From the NCBI GenBank assembly GCA_036675955.1, contig JAKFDW010000123.1, positions 1 to 55,666 on the forward strand: a DNA stretch of 55,666 nt, in the 5' to 3' direction. The stretch's first letter is position 1. The number at the start of each line of letters is the position of its first letter. Source of the DNA: Orrella sp. Its GTDB lineage: Bacteria; Pseudomonadota; Gammaproteobacteria; Burkholderiales; Burkholderiaceae_B. A program made the position numbers and the translations under genes. The notes under the pieces are model-generated. The model was not told the origin of the DNA. It saw only the letters and a list, made by a program, of their open reading frames with translations, and did no database searches. This document shows positions 8,313 through 18,441 of this stretch, in pieces.

Positions 8313-10091
8313 TCAGGTCGGTCTGTTCCGCGGCGGAATAAGCGGCTCTGGCCTCGGCGCAATATGCAGCTTGTCGCCTCCCGCGAGCAAATCGCCCTGC
8401 GACTGCGCCTCCAGACGCTCGCTGTCGCGTCGACGAATATCATCGGTGACTTCCTCCACGTCGATCGCGGTCATTCCAAGCGCTTTTAACCCGGCTCCGC
8501 CGAAAGCGAGCGCGGATTCGAACGTCTCACGAATCTCGAAATCGACGCCCGCCTTTCGCAATCGGATGGCATGCCCGCGGTCATAAGAACGTGTGAGTAA
8601 ACGGCATGACGGAAAGTGCTCGATCACTAATTCTACGATTCGATCGATTGCGTCTCGATCGTCGATACATATCATGACCATATCAGTGCTATCAACGCCG
8701 GATTGGCGCAGGACGTCGAGACGAGCGCCGTCGCCAAAATAGACCTTGAACCCGAAACGTTCGGCTTCCCTAATACGGTCGGGATCGTTGTCGATGAGCG
8801 AGACGTCGATGCCCTGTGCCAATAACAGCTGCGAGGCGACTTGACCAAAACGCCCGAAGCCTATCATCAGCACCCGACCCTTCAGCCCCTGCGCCTCATC
8901 AACGCCATCCATCGAACTCGCTTCATCCTTCAGCCAGCGGTCGGCGGCAATCAGGACCAGCGGCGTAAGTGCCATTGAAAGAATGATGACACTCGAAAAA
9001 ATGGCACTCTCCGCAGCTCCGATTACCCCGCCGTTGGCGGCAGCCGAATAGAGAACGAAGGCGAACTCGCCCCCTTGAGCAAACAGTGAGACGCGGCGCA
9101 GCGACTGAATGTTGTTTGCCCCGAACATCCTCGCGACAATATAGACTCCGATCGACTTCACGATGACATAAGCGGCTAGGAGCGCAATGATAGTCCGCAA
9201 ATTTACCGCCACGATCGACAGATCGAGCGACATACCCACAGCGAGGAAAAACAGGCCCATTAAAAGGCCCTTGAAAGGCTCGATGTCCGTTTCGATCTGG
9301 TGCCGATAGCTCGACCCTGACAACATGACACCCGCCAAAAAAGCCCCCATCGCCATCGAAAGGCCGCTTTGCTCCATGAGCAATGCCGAGCCTAGAACGA
9401 CAAGGAGCGCGCCGGCGGTCAGTACCTCCGTGTTGCGGGCGCGGGCCAAAAGGGCGAAGAAGGGATTAAGGAACCAGCGCCCGACTGCAAGCACGAGCGC
9501 TATTGCCCCGAATGCGGTAAGGCCCGTTGTAAGATCGAGACCGCTCGCTTCGCCCTCGACCACGGACGCGCTCATAAAGGCCGCGATGGCCAAGAGAGGC
9601 ACGATCATCATGTCTTCGAGCAGCAGAATCGAGACTGCTTGTTGTCCTTGGCCGCTGGCCAGCTCGCCGCGTTCTCTAAGAATCGACATGATTACGGCCG
9701 TCGAGGAGAGGACAAAACCAGAACCCGCGATAAAGGCCGCTACCGGAGTCAATCTCAGGAGTATGCCGACACCGCCCAGAAGGGCGATGCATGACAGGAC
9801 CTGCGCAAGTCCGAGCCCGAAAATGTGGGCTCGGAGGGCCCACAGCTTTTGCGGGCGCATTTCGACGCCGATAAGGAACAAGAACATCACGACACCGAGC
9901 TCGGAAATATGCAGGATGGTCTCAGGCTCGCTGAATATCCCAAGCACAGACGGACCAACCAGAAGACCGGCGGTGAAATAGCCCAACACCGATCCGAGGC
10001 CCAGTTTGCGAAATAGGGGCACGGCGATGACCGCCGAGCCGAGCAGGACGACTACCGGTCCAAGCGTTTGCGCAATCCCTGTTTCTGCCAT
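8313..10091 (-). CDS. CPA2 monovalent cation:H+ antiporter (KefB/KefC-like) with KTN domain
   Basis: LGLGSVLGY, SELGVVMFLF.IG.E, LSSTA, DIEPFKGLLMGLFF, QGGEFAFV; KTN GFGRFGQ and FGDGAR.D.L. Confidence 0.9.
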   Translation of the reverse strand: MAETGIAQTLGPVVVLLGSAVIAVPLFRKLGLGSVLGYFTAGLLVGPSVLGIFSEPETILHISELGVVMFLFLIGVEMRPQKLWALRAHIFGLGLAQVLSCIALLGGVGILLRLTPVAAFIAGSGFVLSSTAVIMSILRERGELASGQGQQAVSILLLEDMMIVPLLAIAAFMSASVVEGEASGLDLTTGLTAFGAIALVLAVGRWFLNPFFALLARARNTEVLTAGALLVVLGSALLMEQSGLSMAMGAFLAGVMLSGSSYRHQIETDIEPFKGLLMGLFFLAVGMSLDLSIVAVNLRTIIALLAAYVIVKSIGVYIVARMFGANNIQSLRRVSLFAQGGEFAFVLYSAAANGGVIGAAESAIFSSVIILSMALTPLVLIAADRWLKDEASSMDGVDEAQGLKGRVLMIGFGRFGQVASQLLLAQGIDVSLIDNDPDRIREAERFGFKVYFGDGARLDVLRQSGVDSTDMVMICIDDRDAIDRIVELVIEHFPSCRLLTRSYDRGHAIRLRKAGVDFEIRETFESALAFGGAGLKALGMTAIDVEEVTDDIRRRDSERLEAQSQGDLLAGGDKLHIAPRPEPLIPPRNRPT

Positions 10092-10262
10092 GTTCTTCTC
10101 CAAGTGGGCTTATATGATCTCGTTCGATCGCCGTTCCTGTGCACCTTGTCGGATCAATCGGCCTATGGGCCACCACGCAAAGAGCAGAAGCATCATGCCT
10201 ATCGGATGCAAGGTTGAGAAGGCAGTTTCCGCCACGACACCTCTGCCGTTCACTATGTCCAG

Positions 10263-11267
10263 TTACTTGCCGCGCGTTTGTTGCGGCGTTTCACCGAAAG
10301 CCTGGCGGTACGCCCGCGAAAACTCACCCAGGTGGGTGAACCCGAAACGTGCTGCGATTTCACTGACTCTGTTCGCATTATCGGCCTGTGACAAGGCTTG
10401 CCGGACCGCTTTCAGGCGCTGCATACGCAGCCATTGCAACGGCGACTGCCCGCATTCGTCCTGGAACAAGGCTTGCAAGCGCCTGACTGACAGGCCGCAA
10501 TGGCTGGCGACCATGGCCACCGGCAGGCGTTCGCCCAGATGCTCGATCATATAGGCTTGAGCGCACCCAATGGCCTGAGGCGCGGAGGGCGGTGGCGCCG
10601 GCCACAGGTGCGCCGCCATGCTGTGCGGTTGGTGCAGCAGCAGGGTGGTGGCGACCAGCATCTCGGTTTGAGCGAGCAAGGCTGCCTGGGCAATGTTCTG
10701 GCCCTGGCCCAGGTTCGAGCATCGCACCACCCATTGCAGCATGGGCAGCAGCGCTTGCCAACCAGCCGTATACAAGGGAATGACCGCATCGAAGCAGATC
10801 TCGGGCGCCTGTTCTTGTGTCGTCAGACGGCACCAGGCGTCGGCGATGGCCGACCGGTCCAGCCGCAGCAGCACCTGTTCATAGTCATGGCTGGATCTGA
10901 AGTGAAACCGCCTGCCGGGACTGATGAGGACGGCCCCTTGTGGTGACACCTCAATGCTGCGCCCATCGAAATGAAATACCGCCTGCCCCTGGGTGGGCAG
11001 CACTAGCAGGTAATAGCCATCCAGACAGTCTGGGTCGACGCTCACGTCGGCCCCATACCCGTGCCTGAGCCTGAGCAGTGACAGGCGCCCGCAGGCGAGC
11101 AGGTCCAGCCGGTTGTGAAGGATGTGCCCGCGGACGACTTGCAGCCGATACGGATTGAGCACCTGACCTATCTCATGCCGCGCTTTGTCGAGGTCGTCGG
11201 TATCCACGATCCGGTGCTGTTCGAACGGTACTCGGGCGAATAGGGAGGCAATCATCTGATTCCGCAT
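10263..11267 (-). CDS. AraC/XylS-family transcriptional regulator
   Basis: C-terminal HTH signature VSEIAARFGFTHLGEFSRAYRQAFGETPQQT; N-terminal ligand domain; divergent from the autotransporter. Confidence 0.9.
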   Translation of the reverse strand: MRNQMIASLFARVPFEQHRIVDTDDLDKARHEIGQVLNPYRLQVVRGHILHNRLDLLACGRLSLLRLRHGYGADVSVDPDCLDGYYLLVLPTQGQAVFHFDGRSIEVSPQGAVLISPGRRFHFRSSHDYEQVLLRLDRSAIADAWCRLTTQEQAPEICFDAVIPLYTAGWQALLPMLQWVVRCSNLGQGQNIAQAALLAQTEMLVATTLLLHQPHSMAAHLWPAPPPSAPQAIGCAQAYMIEHLGERLPVAMVASHCGLSVRRLQALFQDECGQSPLQWLRMQRLKAVRQALSQADNANRVSEIAARFGFTHLGEFSRAYRQAFGETPQQTRGK

Positions 11268-11298
11268 ATGCTGGGTGTTGGCATATTACTGGACAATC

Positions 11299-11355
11299 AT
11301 CGTAATGCGATAGAAAAACGCGTTTCTCCGATAGTCATTGGCGCAAAACCGATAG
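11299..11355 (+). promoter_or_regulatory. Three direct repeats (CGATAG core) with 21-bp period; putative AraC-family operator
   Basis: CGATAG at 11308, 11329 and 11350; copies 2 and 3 extend to GCGtttctCCGATAG and GCGcaaaaCCGATAG. Confidence 0.65.
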
Positions 11356-11645
11356 ACGGCCCGTGGATCTGGCCTGACTATAGCGTGCCTGCATGTCTTG
11401 ACGGTACTGGATGTTGGAGATGGCGTTGGAAAGACGTGAAAGTGGCGGTGCCGATTCCTAAGCGCAGAAACCACTTGTCCTTATAAATTGGAAAAACCCT
11501 TGAAGCAAACCACGAACAAAGTTCTATATTCCGAGCGCATATGCCAGGGCATCGACTGTGATCACCCACAAAATCGCTTAACTCTATCCCTGACTCCGAG
11601 ACAAGCCGTTCCGGCATTCGACTCGCACGTGCTGGAAGCCTAAGA

Positions 11646-14600
11646 ATGAAACGAATTACAAGCCCGATTGCGTTGTCAATCCTGGTATCGACGCCCGCGT
11701 ACGCAGCGCCCATAACGTATACCGACGAGAGTGTGACGAAGACTGTCGAGTTCGACTCCACGGGCGCGACAGGCCATAACGGCAATAACACCGGCACGCC
11801 GGATGGCTTGGATGGTGACCCAGGCGCGGATTATGCGCTCAATTTCATCCAGAGCAATGGTGGTACGGGCAACACAATCACCACGGTGGGGGACGGTATT
11901 TCCCTGTCCAGCATTGGCGGCTTCGGCGGCACCCCTGGGAGCCTTGGCAGCTACGGCGGCAATGCCGGAAACGCGGGCGTGGGCGGCGACCTTACGATCA
12001 CCAGTTCCGGCAAGTTCGTCATCAAGGCCAGCGGCGACCAGGCGCATGGGATACAAGCGAGCAGCGTCGGCGGCGTTGGCGCCCATGGTAACGATTCGAG
12101 TGGCAACAATTACGTCGCGGGACTGGGTGGCATTGGCGGCGCGGGTGGCGCGGTAACGGTGACCTTGGGCGCCGGCGCCACCGTCACCACGAACGGCACG
12201 GGCTCGAATGCGATATTCGCACAGTCAATCGGTGGACAGGCGGGCGATGACGGAGTGTCTTCCTCGAACACCGGTGACAACCCGCAACCCGATGGGGTGC
12301 GCGGTGGGGTTACGGGGGTGGTGACTGTGACGCTGGACGAAGGGGCTACCTTACAGACATATGGTGAACAGTCCAATGGCATTGCCGCGACCAGCCTAAG
12401 CGGTAACGGAGGCGCAGGCGCAAGCTCCGATGGGGGGTTTGGCACGGCCTATGGTGGAGAAGGCGGCAATGGCGGCACCTCGGGTGGCGTTGCGATTACC
12501 TCCAACGGTTCGATCATCACAAGCGGGACGCTTTCGGCAGGCATCGCGGCTCAGTCCATGTCTGGCGGCGGTGGCCGTGGCGGTAACGCGGGGGCTTTGC
12601 TGTCTACCGTTGCCGGCGGGCCCGGTAAAGGCGGCCCGGTCGGTGACATAAACATCACCAACGGCGGCTTGATCCAGACTTCCGGAAACTACTCGCAAGG
12701 CATTCTGGCGCAATCGATCTCGGGCGGCGGCGGCGTGGGCGGCACGGCTTCGGGCAGTCTGTTTTATGATGCCGGCGCCAATGCGGCAGACAATAACAAC
12801 GCTGGCACAATCTATGTGACGCATGAAGGATCATCAGCCAAGATCGAGACTTCCGGCGATTTTTCGCAAGGCATCGTGGCGCAGTCGGTGGGCGGCGGCG
12901 GCGGACAGGGTGGGCCGGCCGGCGGCATGATCGTCGTCCAGGGCGGCGCAGGCGGTGTGGGGGGGAGTGGTGGCGACGTTACGCTGACACTGAGCGCGCC
13001 CATCCAGACATCCGGCGTTTTGTCGCATGGCGCCGTGGCCCAATCCATCGCCGGTGGCGGAGGACTGGGCGGTGTGGCCAACAGCGGTGGCGCCGGATAT
13101 GCCAACGCTATTGGTGGCAGTGGCGGGAGTGGCGGCACAGGCGGCACCGCCACCATCAACATGCAGGGCGGGCAGATCAATGCGAAGGGTACCGCCTCAA
13201 TCGGCCTTCTTGCTCAGTCGATCGGCGGAGGTGGCGGCGCGGGTGGCGGCGCCTACTCCACGTCCGGAGGCCCTATTCTGGATGTCGCCGTGGCGGTTGG
13301 CGGCATAGGCGGAGCGGGTGGCAACGCGGGCATAGCAACCGTCGCTGTTCAGAACTCCGGCATTTCGACGGGCCAGGACGGCCAAAGCGTCAATGTCACG
13401 ATAGATGGCAAGGCGACGACGGTAAACCTGCCCGCCGTCGATTCCCACGGCGTCGTCGTCCAATCGGTGGGCGGGGGCGGGGGCAATGGCGGGGCTGGCT
13501 CGGCGGCTGCGTATGCCATTGCAGTTCCTAACCCTTCAGAGAACCCGGGTACGAAGATCACTTTCTCCGGGGCTTTTTCGACGGGTGGCTCCGGCGGTTC
13601 GGGCGGCTTCGGCGATCGCGCGACCGCGACCATCAGCGACGGCTCCACGATCGCCACCGCAGGCGATGGCAGCATCGGTGTCATCGCCCAGTCAATTGGC
13701 GGGGGCGGGGGCAATGGCGGGGACAGCTCGGCCATGGCCGCCACAATTGGCTATGGCATACCGATTCCACATGTCAGCAACCAAATAACCCCGTCGACCA
13801 ACGCCATCAACGTTTCGCACAGTGTTGGCGGCACGGGTGGATCGGGCGGCGATGGGGCGACCACCACCTTTATGCTGGGAGACAGCGGCGGCTCCCCGAC
13901 CTCCAGCATCACGACATCCGGTGACGGTGGCATTGGCGTGCTTGCCCAATCGATCGGCGGTGGCGGTGGCAATGGCGGCATTGGCAATGCCGCCGCCAAT
14001 AGCTGGGCGACCAGCCAGGACGCCACCTTCACGATTGGCATAGGCGGTCACGGCGGCAGCGGCGGCAATGGCGGCTCGGTCACCGCCACGCTCGAAGCCA
14101 ACGGCGCAATTACCACCCACGGTCATGGCGCTGAAGGAGTGCTCGCCCAGTCGATAGGCGGGGGCGGCGGCGTGGGTTCGGGATCGGCCATCAATGTCAC
14201 GGGACTGGACACCTGGGTCAAAGCCGTGGCAAATATTCCCTCCGGAGACGAGGTGGATAGTAGCGGCAACCAGATCGCCGTCGGCATGAACCTGAACCGG
14301 ACCATCAATGTGGCCGCCACCAATGGCTCCTACGGGCATGCTAATACCGTTAACGTCACGCACAACGGGACCATTAACACCCATGGCATCGACGCCGCCG
14401 GCATAGTCGCCCAATCCATTAGCGGCGGGGGCGGTTCTGCCGGATCAGCCGGCGCCGACCGTTCAACGGGTGTGCTACCCGCTGCGCCCGGCGCCTCCGT
14501 TTTGGCGCAAGAGGTGCTTGGTGACGGGGTGACGGTCACGGTTCCGATTAAGATAAACAATACGATAAACATCGGTGGCGGGGCAGTGAACCCAGGCGGC

Positions 14601-17600
14601 GCTGGCGACGTTAACGTCACCAGTGCGGGCGGGAAGATCACGACGCTGGGCGATTATTCCACCGGCGTCATCGCTCAGAGTATTGGCAATGGCGGTGGCC
14701 GTGGAAGAGTTGTGACAGTCGGCGCCGAAAGCGGCGGCGCGCTCGACAGCGCCGCCGAGTTGTCGGTCAGGACCGACATCAAACTTGGCACCACAGTTAG
14801 TGCCGAAGACATCCCGCAAGTGACGATCGGACATGGTCTTGATGTACAGGTCGATCTGGCGGGCGCGTCGATTTCGACGGGCCAACCAGGCGCTGATGGC
14901 CCGTCTTCAACGACGTCCAATAGCGGTCTTCATGCCTATGGCGTTCTGGCCCAGAGCATAGGCGGCGGCGGCGGTTTGGCGATTGACGGTTCAGCGGACC
15001 CCAATGGTTCGGCAATGCTCGGGATGCAGCTTGATTTGTCGCGCATGATGAGCCTCTCTATCTACGGCGGCACCGGCGGTCAGGTTACGCTACATATCGG
15101 TCAGAGTGACAACGACACCAGTATTACAACCTATGGCGACGGCGCCCACGGCGCGGTGCTCCAGTCAATCGGTGGTGGCGGGGGCATTGCCGATTTCGGT
15201 TCATCCTCGATTGCTGCGCCGGACAGTTCTACGCGGAAGATAGCGCTGATGCTGGGCGCGGTGACACGCACAGACAATAATTATGAAGCGCAATACGATA
15301 GCGGCGAGGTACAGGTCTCTTATGATCAGGGCGCGGCGCTCAATATCGGAACCTCGGGGAACGGCGCTTTCGGCATTCTGGCGCAGAGCATTGGCGGCGG
15401 CGGCGGTCTGGTCGGTGTCAGCCAGGGCGTTGCGCTCGATTATTACGCAATAGGGATGGAGAGCGCGTCCAACTCCGCCTCCGGCAGCGGCGGCGCTGTT
15501 TCCATCGCCCTTCCAGCCGATACCACAATCAACACGACGGGTACGGGCGCTCACGGTATTGTCGGCCAGTCGATTGGCGGCGGCGGCGGCCTGGTCATGT
15601 CATACCAGGATAGCGAGGTTCCTCAACTCGTCGATACATTCGGCATAGCCAACGCGAGCGCTGTTGGCGACGCCGGCGCTGTCACCGTGTCAACCGACGG
15701 GCAGATCAATGTGGCCGGCGCCGGCGCCTATGGCGTGCTGGCCCAATCAATAGTGGGCGGTGGTGTGTTCACTACCGGCGGCGACGTCTATCTTGGCCAA
15801 ACCAATTCGACGGAGGTAAGTAGGGGAGGCTCGGGAGCCGTTACAGTCAACATTCAAGGCTCGATTGTCGCAAGCGGCGAAAATGGCATTGGTGTCGTGG
15901 CGCAAAGCCAGGGTGTGACCGGAGACGGAACCGTCACGGTCAATGTGGGTGGCGACAGCCCCGGCACGGTGACGGGCGGTTCCGGCGCGCAGGGCGTCGG
16001 CATCCTGATTGCCGGCGGGAACAGCAACAACCAGGTAAATATCGCCGAGGGCTCGTGGGTCTGGGCTGCCTCCGGAAGCGCCATCAAGGCGGCCGGAGAC
16101 CAAAATACCCAGAAGGTCGATGTCGATAACCAGGGCGAGATATACGGAAACACCTGGCTCCAGGGCGGCTCGATCTCGGGCAATTTCCAGAATACGTTCG
16201 GCAAGCCCCCCGGCGCAAACGCTGGCACATTGACCAATTCCGGTTCCCTGGTAGCCATGCCGGGCAAGCGCTCCTATGTCGACGGCCATTTTATCCAGAC
16301 AGCCACGGGCCGCATCGTCCCGAACCTGGATTACAGCAACGGTGTCAGCGGGGAGTATGTTGTCACCGGTACGGCCACGCTTGACGGAACGATCGAGCCC
16401 ACGCTCGCCAGTGCGATGCCGAACAGTTATCTGCCGGCGTTCACGACCGAGGGGCCAACCACCGGTACCCTTCGTGCGCCCGATAGCCCTCTGTTTGCGT
16501 ACACCATGCGCCAGACCGGGAATCGGCGCGATATCGCGATCACCGGCACGCATTTCAATACCCCGGAACTGGGGCTGAACGAGCATAAAGGTGGTGTCGC
16601 GCGCACACTCGAGAACGTCTTTGCCTCGGGCAATGCCGGTCTGGGGCCGTTCTTCGCCAGCCTGGACGCCACGGCACGCAAGGACCTGCAGAGCTATCAC
16701 AACGCTATCGGCGAGTTATCTCCGCGCAGCGCGATGACGCTGCTGTCGCGGGTGGCGGCAGACGCCTCACGCATCGCCGATGCATCGATGAGCTGCCCTG
16801 AATTCGCCTCGGACTCTGGGCAGGGGGGCTCGGTCCTGGTCGAAGGCGAGTGTGCATACTTCGTTGCGCGGGGCAATACCACGTCCCTGGATGGAGACTC
16901 GGACCGTGGCAGTTCTCGCCTGAAGTCATTTGCGCTGCAAGGCGGAGGGCAACTGGAAGTCCGCCCAGGATTGCTGCTGGGCGGCTCATTGGCGTACCAG
17001 GCCGATGAGTTCAGCAGCCATTCCGACGGGGTGAGCGCCGACGGCAACAGCGTGCAAGGGGCCATCACCTTGAAGAAAAACATGGGTGCCTGGCAAGTGA
17101 CCGGGGCAGTCTTTGGCAGCTACGGGGAGTACGACATCGATCGCCGTATTGCAGCGCCGGGGTTCTCGGCTACTGCCAAGGGTGACGCGCCCACATACTC
17201 TGTCGGTGTACGAGGCCGGCTTGCGTATACGGCCGGCACGGAACAGCTTTATCTGCGTCCTTCCGTGAATCTCGATCTTGTGCATGCTCAAAGCGGTTCG
17301 TTCACCGAGACGGGGGCGGGCGATCTGGGCCTGAAGATCGGGTCGTCGACATACAACAGCGCGATCCTCACTCCTGCAATTGAGATCGGTGGCCGCCGGG
17401 ATCTAAAGAACGGTAGCGTCCTGCGTACTTTTGCGCTCGCCGGGGTGAGCCTACGCTCCAATGACGAATGGCAAGGGCGCGCGTCGTTCATCGGCGGAGC
17501 GCGGTCACCAAGCTTTGGCATGCAGGCTCCCCTGGATCGGGCAGCGCTCCGCCTGGGAGCCGGCGTTCAGCTGCTTGCGAACAAACAGATGGACGTACAA

Positions 17601-17675
17601 GTTCGATATGACGCCGAGTTGGGAAGTGAAGCGAAATCGCATAATGTCATGGCGAAGTTTGCTTATCACTTTTAG
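11646..17675 (+). CDS. Large Gly-rich autotransporter (type Va), 2009 aa
   Basis: Sec signal (..STPAYAA); about 17 GxxAQS(I/V)GGGGG repeats; C-terminal amphipathic beta-barrel ending AKFAYHF. Confidence 0.9.
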   Translation: MKRITSPIALSILVSTPAYAAPITYTDESVTKTVEFDSTGATGHNGNNTGTPDGLDGDPGADYALNFIQSNGGTGNTITTVGDGISLSSIGGFGGTPGSLGSYGGNAGNAGVGGDLTITSSGKFVIKASGDQAHGIQASSVGGVGAHGNDSSGNNYVAGLGGIGGAGGAVTVTLGAGATVTTNGTGSNAIFAQSIGGQAGDDGVSSSNTGDNPQPDGVRGGVTGVVTVTLDEGATLQTYGEQSNGIAATSLSGNGGAGASSDGGFGTAYGGEGGNGGTSGGVAITSNGSIITSGTLSAGIAAQSMSGGGGRGGNAGALLSTVAGGPGKGGPVGDINITNGGLIQTSGNYSQGILAQSISGGGGVGGTASGSLFYDAGANAADNNNAGTIYVTHEGSSAKIETSGDFSQGIVAQSVGGGGGQGGPAGGMIVVQGGAGGVGGSGGDVTLTLSAPIQTSGVLSHGAVAQSIAGGGGLGGVANSGGAGYANAIGGSGGSGGTGGTATINMQGGQINAKGTASIGLLAQSIGGGGGAGGGAYSTSGGPILDVAVAVGGIGGAGGNAGIATVAVQNSGISTGQDGQSVNVTIDGKATTVNLPAVDSHGVVVQSVGGGGGNGGAGSAAAYAIAVPNPSENPGTKITFSGAFSTGGSGGSGGFGDRATATISDGSTIATAGDGSIGVIAQSIGGGGGNGGDSSAMAATIGYGIPIPHVSNQITPSTNAINVSHSVGGTGGSGGDGATTTFMLGDSGGSPTSSITTSGDGGIGVLAQSIGGGGGNGGIGNAAANSWATSQDATFTIGIGGHGGSGGNGGSVTATLEANGAITTHGHGAEGVLAQSIGGGGGVGSGSAINVTGLDTWVKAVANIPSGDEVDSSGNQIAVGMNLNRTINVAATNGSYGHANTVNVTHNGTINTHGIDAAGIVAQSISGGGGSAGSAGADRSTGVLPAAPGASVLAQEVLGDGVTVTVPIKINNTINIGGGAVNPGGAGDVNVTSAGGKITTLGDYSTGVIAQSIGNGGGRGRVVTVGAESGGALDSAAELSVRTDIKLGTTVSAEDIPQVTIGHGLDVQVDLAGASISTGQPGADGPSSTTSNSGLHAYGVLAQSIGGGGGLAIDGSADPNGSAMLGMQLDLSRMMSLSIYGGTGGQVTLHIGQSDNDTSITTYGDGAHGAVLQSIGGGGGIADFGSSSIAAPDSSTRKIALMLGAVTRTDNNYEAQYDSGEVQVSYDQGAALNIGTSGNGAFGILAQSIGGGGGLVGVSQGVALDYYAIGMESASNSASGSGGAVSIALPADTTINTTGTGAHGIVGQSIGGGGGLVMSYQDSEVPQLVDTFGIANASAVGDAGAVTVSTDGQINVAGAGAYGVLAQSIVGGGVFTTGGDVYLGQTNSTEVSRGGSGAVTVNIQGSIVASGENGIGVVAQSQGVTGDGTVTVNVGGDSPGTVTGGSGAQGVGILIAGGNSNNQVNIAEGSWVWAASGSAIKAAGDQNTQKVDVDNQGEIYGNTWLQGGSISGNFQNTFGKPPGANAGTLTNSGSLVAMPGKRSYVDGHFIQTATGRIVPNLDYSNGVSGEYVVTGTATLDGTIEPTLASAMPNSYLPAFTTEGPTTGTLRAPDSPLFAYTMRQTGNRRDIAITGTHFNTPELGLNEHKGGVARTLENVFASGNAGLGPFFASLDATARKDLQSYHNAIGELSPRSAMTLLSRVAADASRIADASMSCPEFASDSGQGGSVLVEGECAYFVARGNTTSLDGDSDRGSSRLKSFALQGGGQLEVRPGLLLGGSLAYQADEFSSHSDGVSADGNSVQGAITLKKNMGAWQVTGAVFGSYGEYDIDRRIAAPGFSATAKGDAPTYSVGVRGRLAYTAGTEQLYLRPSVNLDLVHAQSGSFTETGAGDLGLKIGSSTYNSAILTPAIEIGGRRDLKNGSVLRTFALAGVSLRSNDEWQGRASFIGGARSPSFGMQAPLDRAALRLGAGVQLLANKQMDVQVRYDAELGSEAKSHNVMAKFAYHF

Positions 17676-17684
17676 ATGGATTCA

Positions 17685-17717
17685 CCGCAGCCGCAGTCTG
17701 GAGACCGGCGGCTGCGG
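17685..17717 (+). terminator. GC-rich hairpin directly after the autotransporter stop
   Basis: CCGCAGCCGC/GCGGCTGCGG 10-bp stem plus inner GTC/GAC; no clear U-tract. Confidence 0.5.
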
Positions 17718-17821
17718 GGTGTCGAATTTCACTCAATATGAACTTGTGTCACCCAAGCAAGCAAGAACGGAAGTCTTTGTGTTGGATCAATAGCCCGAAT
17801 TCTTTCTTAGAGGAACTTATT

Positions 17822-18352
17822 GTGCAGGCATCTGACAGGTTTCACCCACACAAAAGCGCGCTAGGCACCCTGGTCAGCGTCAGCATCGTAGCCGGTTTTA
17901 TTTCCGCCATGGTCAAGTCCGGAATTGAAACCATTCTTCCTCCCCGACCGCCCACAGCGGTGCCCCCGCCGATTGGCCTGCTCGACCTGATGGGCTTTGA
18001 TGCGGCGACGATGAACTACGTCTTTAACCAAACTGCGGTGAATTGGGGCGGCAACGGGTTCCATATCCTGTTTTCCGTGGTCATCGCCCTGGTCTATGTC
18101 TGCCTGGTCGAACGGTGCCCAAAGGTAGGCGCCTTTTGGGGACTGCCATTCGCATGGCTTACCGCCACGGTGGGAGCCCATTGCATCGTGCTTCCGCTAT
18201 TGGGAGTCGAGCCGTATCCCTGGAACATCGGTACGGCCGGATTCATTTCGGAGGTCGTTGGCACGGCTATTTGGATCTGGACCATCGAATGCATACGCCG
18301 TGTAATGCTGCGTCGACCGGCCGGCTGTGCGGGAAGCCTTGCGGCAACTTGA
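17822..18352 (+). CDS. DUF1440 (YagU-like) inner-membrane protein
   Basis: AGFISAMVKSG.E..LPPR, PP..LL, FHILFSVV, H..VLPLLG..P.PW, SEVVG..IWIWTIE..RR; GTG start with GAGGA RBS. Confidence 0.8.
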   Translation: MQASDRFHPHKSALGTLVSVSIVAGFISAMVKSGIETILPPRPPTAVPPPIGLLDLMGFDAATMNYVFNQTAVNWGGNGFHILFSVVIALVYVCLVERCPKVGAFWGLPFAWLTATVGAHCIVLPLLGVEPYPWNIGTAGFISEVVGTAIWIWTIECIRRVMLRRPAGCAGSLAAT

Positions 18353-18441
18353 TAGTGAATCTCGTTACTGCTCAAGATCATGGCAATCGACAAGTCGCCT
18401 TTCGACGCTTCGAGCCGTCTGTACAGTTCACGGGCAATCGG

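Noticed and set aside
12200-15780. Recurring CAGTCGATCGGCGGCGGCGGC-like DNA repeats as a CRISPR or tandem array
   Set aside because: They are in-frame, synonymously diverged coding repeats with irregular spacing, and there are no cas genes
17822-18352. yagU-like gene near paoABC, echoing the E. coli yagU-paoA adjacency
   Set aside because: About 11 kb and several unrelated genes separate them; no evidence of linkage
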